In this document: positions 16,118-20,000 of the stretch, in pieces
Layout: each line of letters starts with the position of its first letter
Position numbering within the stretch: the first letter of the stretch is position 1
DNA from: an uncultured virus (IMG/VR IMGVR_UViG_2788500287_000116)
Taxonomy: Duplodnaviria; Heunggongvirae; Uroviricota; Caudoviricetes
Virus record (IMG/VR): IMGVR_UViG_2788500287_000116
Reading direction: 5' to 3' (one strand)
Length of the DNA: 20,000 nt
Translations under genes and position numbers: made by a program
The notes under the pieces: model-generated
What the model saw: the letters and a program-made list of their open reading frames with translations, nothing else
Databases searched by the model: none
Told to the model about the DNA's origin: nothing

Positions 16118-18034
16118 ATGGCTAAATACGGATATATAACACAACCAATAGAAAGTAAAATATCAGGTCTAGCAGCATTATACTTGCAAGGGCAAGAAAA
16201 GATAAATGCTATAAGGACTAATGTAAGAGAGATGCGAGCTGAAAATATGATGCAGCTTGGTAAAAAAATTGATTCTATTGCTCTCACAGGTATACAGGAT
16301 TTAGATAAAATGTATAATGAGTCTGGAGTTTTGTTAAGAAATAGAGTTATGCAAGCGGAGGCTGATAATAGAAGTGGTAAAATTAGCATGGCAGATTATA
16401 CAAGGATATACAATAATGCCATGACAGAGATGGGGATGATTGTGAACGGAAACGAGGTCATAGGTAAAAATTATGAAACTTTAAAGAAAAGAAATAAAGA
16501 TAGAGAAATTAGTGGCGCGAGTTTAGATTTGTTTGAGCAAGGTTACTTTGGTAATAAAAATGCCTTATTAGACCCAGCTAGATTTTCTATTTTAGATGAT
16601 ACACCTAACGGTTTAGCTTTTACACAATACTACACGTACACAAACTCAAAAGGTCAAAAAGTTGCAGGCACTCCAATATCGGTACCATTTGCTAACAATA
16701 TGAATCCTGAGTTTGGTAATATTGCATATTTTGACCCAGATGCCTATGCTAAAAGCATTAGAAATCAAATTGGCAAAAAGTATGGTTTTTTCCCTGGTGA
16801 TTTCGAACAACTTGACATAAAAGGTAAAGGGACTTTTTTATCAAGAGTGTCTGAACCTGAAAATCTAGAAATGATTAGAACTCATATAGAAGGGTTTGTA
16901 AACTCTTTTGTTGATTCTGATTTAATTGGTGTGTTATACGAGGGTCTTGGAGCAAGGGCTCCATATTCAAACTCATATGTAAAAACTTTAAATCAACAAG
17001 AGTGGGAGGCAAAAACTACATTTGATTTTATTGACTCAGATGGAAAGGTAAAAACACTGCCAATGTATGCAGATGCAGATGGAAATGGGTTTACATTTAC
17101 TGAAGACCCTTTTACATTAAGACACTCACAAAGTGGAGAAATCCAACTTAGTGATGAACAAAGAGAACTAGCAAGAGGGTTTCTTAGAGCTAATGCTATA
17201 GCAGCCTTAAATGTTACAAGAGATAAGTATTTCTATAAAAATCCTAACTACAAAGGCTCAAGCAGTAAGCCTCCTGAATTGGCAGATAATTTTACAATAA
17301 ACCCAATGTTTACACCAGTAAAGAACGGTAACGATGCACCTTTATTTTCATTTATCTATGGTAATGCAGAGAGGATAAACTATAGAAAAGGTGTCCTTAA
17401 AGGACAAAATAAAACTTTATCAACAACTAACGCTGGAATACTGAGCAACCCAGCAGCTACTGACTGGAAAAATGTGATTCCATCTGGTCAGGCGGCTTGG
17501 AAAACAAATGACTTTACTGCATTTGAAAAAGTTTTAGGCATCGGTACTGGTGATTTATCAAAAACAAATATTTCACAAGGATTTATAGAGCATGTTGATA
17601 TGGGACAGTTATTAAATAAAAAAGACTTCCCAAGTCTTAAATTAACAACATTTGAAAACACACCATTTGAAACTTTACAAGGTGTTGGCTATATAAAAAC
17701 AGAAGAATTGACTGATAACGGTATGGTTGATAGATATGCTGTAGTTGTTTCAGGAACATCTAAACTTGGTGATACAGCAAGTAAATATACTCAGCAAGGT
17801 GGAATACAATTACAAGCAGGAGATGAGGTTATAGAGCAATCTACAGGTTATGTTGCTCCAACACAAACTGTTGCTTTATTAAATGCTCTACGTAAATATC
17901 CAGAATTCAATAAACATGTTGAGAAATTCTTTAATACCAAGGGGTCAATAAACACAAGTGCGTTACCACCAGGTCTTGATAGCAGATATCACGCCTCATA
18001 TATCATTAGTATCGGAATAGATAACCTTAAATAA
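16118..18034 (+). CDS. Putative ejection/cargo protein 2, 638 aa
   Basis: Long ORF with a helical N-terminal third, located between cargo 1 and a giant ORF. No motif recognised; the call is from synteny. Confidence 0.5.
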   Translation: MAKYGYITQPIESKISGLAALYLQGQEKINAIRTNVREMRAENMMQLGKKIDSIALTGIQDLDKMYNESGVLLRNRVMQAEADNRSGKISMADYTRIYNNAMTEMGMIVNGNEVIGKNYETLKKRNKDREISGASLDLFEQGYFGNKNALLDPARFSILDDTPNGLAFTQYYTYTNSKGQKVAGTPISVPFANNMNPEFGNIAYFDPDAYAKSIRNQIGKKYGFFPGDFEQLDIKGKGTFLSRVSEPENLEMIRTHIEGFVNSFVDSDLIGVLYEGLGARAPYSNSYVKTLNQQEWEAKTTFDFIDSDGKVKTLPMYADADGNGFTFTEDPFTLRHSQSGEIQLSDEQRELARGFLRANAIAALNVTRDKYFYKNPNYKGSSSKPPELADNFTINPMFTPVKNGNDAPLFSFIYGNAERINYRKGVLKGQNKTLSTTNAGILSNPAATDWKNVIPSGQAAWKTNDFTAFEKVLGIGTGDLSKTNISQGFIEHVDMGQLLNKKDFPSLKLTTFENTPFETLQGVGYIKTEELTDNGMVDRYAVVVSGTSKLGDTASKYTQQGGIQLQAGDEVIEQSTGYVAPTQTVALLNALRKYPEFNKHVEKFFNTKGSINTSALPPGLDSRYHASYIISIGIDNLK

Positions 18035-18036
18035 TT

Positions 18037-20000
18037 ATGTCTAATAATATAATTCCAGAAAACACCTCGCAAAATACAAATGGGTTGCAAAATGCTTACG
18101 ACCCAAATAACGATAGTGTTGTTATTACACCTATAATTGATATTAATAAGCTTAATTCATGGAATACTGACTTTTTAAACAAAAATGTACCCAATCAAAA
18201 CTATAGAAATGAGCTTCTTAATAGTGGTCTGATGGATAAAATTGTAAACAATGGTAATTTTACTCTTTTTAAAAATCATGTAGATAACATAAATTTTTTT
18301 GCTGGAAATCCCATAACACCAACAGAAGAACTAGAAGACTTATTCAATAGTTTTCGTGATACAAAAAAAGAGGAGTATAAGAAAAATGAATTGAAAGCCA
18401 ATTATATTCTTAATAACAAAAAAGAATATAAACCAGAGGGAACTATATTTACAGATACAGATACAAAAGCTGATTTGTTGCCTAGGAATGAAGTAAGAAA
18501 AGATAACATACCTGATTTAGAATTGTTTCCTTTGAAGACATCTGGTGGCGCGATTACATTTAAACCTATTTATTCAGAAAAACCAAAAGATACTGGAATT
18601 GCTTATTCATTTGATGACAATATTATAAAAATGCATAACGATTCAACTGTGTGGCAAAACCAGTACAATGTAAATAATACAAAATCAAATGCACAATATG
18701 ACTCTGACTTTGATTATAGTGCGTATCAAAACACAGAAGTTTTAAATGGTTTGTTAGATTCTTTGGGGCCGTCTTTTTTATTTCAAGACCCATCTGATGC
18801 TGCTGAACTATTCAACAAAACATTATCATCATACGGTTTTGAAGCTGAACCATATTCAAACCCAGAAACATCTGGTGCTTTTGATATTTATGGTGAAAAT
18901 GAAAGGTTGTTGAGAATTGTAAATCCAGCAGGACAAGAACAAATAGTAAGACTTTACAAACCAATTACAGAAACTTTTATACAGCAATTTGGCACCCCTT
19001 TACAAGATGAAGTAGGTGGATTTGGAAGTGTTGTAAGGCCAGAGTTTGCTACACAAAAATTTGCAGATTTTAAAACTTTGTTGCTTACAAATGCAAATAA
19101 TACAAGTATAACAGGCTCAATAGCAAATATTATTTCACAAAGTGAAGCGCCAGCACTTGACCTCAAAGTTCAGTTTAATAAAATTTCTGACCTTGGGTTT
19201 TTTAATATGAATGACATAATTGATATGGGCGACTATTTAGATTTAGATATTGTTGAAACTGATTTATTTGATTTGAATACAACTCCTGGAATGCCTGAAG
19301 TTTTTAGTGTAACAGGTAATCAAAATGCTTTAAATAGGATATCAGTTAAAATTAATGAACTTGATGAGGATAATTTTGTTTCTCAAAAAATTGAGTTACC
19401 TGATGGCATTATGCTTTCAGATAAAACTTTGAATATTGGTAAAATTTTAAGCTCATCAGTAGGGGCTTCGATGGAAGATGGAGTTATATCTACTATTGAC
19501 CAAGACCCAGTATTATTTTCAACAGAAGATATAGGCGCTTTTGATGTTCTAATTGATAAAGATGGCAATGAAATGGTTGTTAGAGATTTATTGCGAAATA
19601 GAGTTGATGATATGATTGTGAAAATGCGAAACAACATACTGAATTCATCAAAAAAAATCAGCAGAGCTTTAATGATAAACGACAACTACAAAAAATTTTC
19701 ATTATTAGACAATCCAGAAGGTAATAAAAACTTCTACTATTTAAGTGAAATTGTCGGTATGGATGTTTATAATCATATGCCAAGTGAAGCTTTTAAAATA
19801 GATGGCAGGGTAGTAGCTTTTACTGATATATATAATTTAGTTACTGACCCATCTAATGTACAAGCTATTAGGAAAGGAGAAATAAAAGTAGAAATAGGAG
19901 AGCCTGAAAATTACGGTTTGATGGAACCTGTTGTAAAAGAGGCTAAAAGGTTAATGGATAGAAATGATGCGGATGAAGTTTATAATAATGAATTTTATAG
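18037..20000 (+). CDS. Very large putative virion/ejection protein, N-terminal 654+ aa, 3' truncated by the window (not in the ORF track)
   Basis: ATG at 18037, 2 nt after the previous stop. My frame-1 translation (MSNNIIPENTSQNTNGLQNAYDPNNDSVV...DRNDADEVYNNEFY) has no stop to base 20000. The ORF itself is well supported; the function is inferred from position. Confidence 0.8.
   Translation, partial: MSNNIIPENTSQNTNGLQNAYDPNNDSVVITPIIDINKLNSWNTDFLNKNVPNQNYRNELLNSGLMDKIVNNGNFTLFKNHVDNINFFAGNPITPTEELEDLFNSFRDTKKEEYKKNELKANYILNNKKEYKPEGTIFTDTDTKADLLPRNEVRKDNIPDLELFPLKTSGGAITFKPIYSEKPKDTGIAYSFDDNIIKMHNDSTVWQNQYNVNNTKSNAQYDSDFDYSAYQNTEVLNGLLDSLGPSFLFQDPSDAAELFNKTLSSYGFEAEPYSNPETSGAFDIYGENERLLRIVNPAGQEQIVRLYKPITETFIQQFGTPLQDEVGGFGSVVRPEFATQKFADFKTLLLTNANNTSITGSIANIISQSEAPALDLKVQFNKISDLGFFNMNDIIDMGDYLDLDIVETDLFDLNTTPGMPEVFSVTGNQNALNRISVKINELDEDNFVSQKIELPDGIMLSDKTLNIGKILSSSVGASMEDGVISTIDQDPVLFSTEDIGAFDVLIDKDGNEMVVRDLLRNRVDDMIVKMRNNILNSSKKISRALMINDNYKKFSLLDNPEGNKNFYYLSEIVGMDVYNHMPSEAFKIDGRVVAFTDIYNLVTDPSNVQAIRKGEIKVEIGEPENYGLMEPVVKEAKRLMDRNDADEVYNNEFY

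Noticed and set aside
16106..16120. A10 run and in-frame arrangement (TAA AAA AAA AAT ATG) of cargo 1 and cargo 2, suggesting read-through or phase variation
   Set aside because: TAA is an efficient stop and the run is intergenic. A-rich leaders are normal for Bacteroidota translation initiation.
18700..18714. DSDFD as an RNA polymerase DxDxD catalytic motif
   Set aside because: It lacks the G.DFD(I/G)D context, lies only about 220 aa into an Asp/Asn-rich region, and is likely chance.
1066..19685. Minus-strand and short alternative-frame ORFs in the track (e.g. 1220-1666, 5053-5442, 6717-7145, 19383-19685)
   Set aside because: All overlap long + strand genes and have the Ser/Phe/Leu-rich composition of antisense shadows, with no independent signals.

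Overview
A 20 kb, AT-rich (about one-third GC by eye), gene-dense slice of a tailed dsDNA phage genome with all genes on the + strand. It is the virion morphogenesis module of a crAss-like podovirus, most likely infecting Bacteroidota (Flavobacteria-type host). Gene order: terminase large subunit (5' truncated), portal, scaffold-like protein, major capsid protein, a conserved capsid-adjacent protein, two tail ring/adaptor proteins, the tail stabilization/muzzle protein, two ejection (cargo)-like proteins, and the start of a very large ORF that runs off the window and is missing from the ORF track. Most notable: (1) the muzzle gene appears split in two, with about 630 aa of adhesin-like domains (Ig-like Big_9 plus a VWA domain with a MIDAS motif) appended at the break; (2) no GATC found in a manual scan, with Asp codons switched to GAC before C; (3) Bacteroidota TAnnTTTG promoter boxes and intrinsic terminators dividing the late operon; (4) nine ambiguous bases clustered at 14.1-15.2 kb, all compatible with synonymous changes. 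Functional calls rest on recalled motifs and synteny, not database searches.
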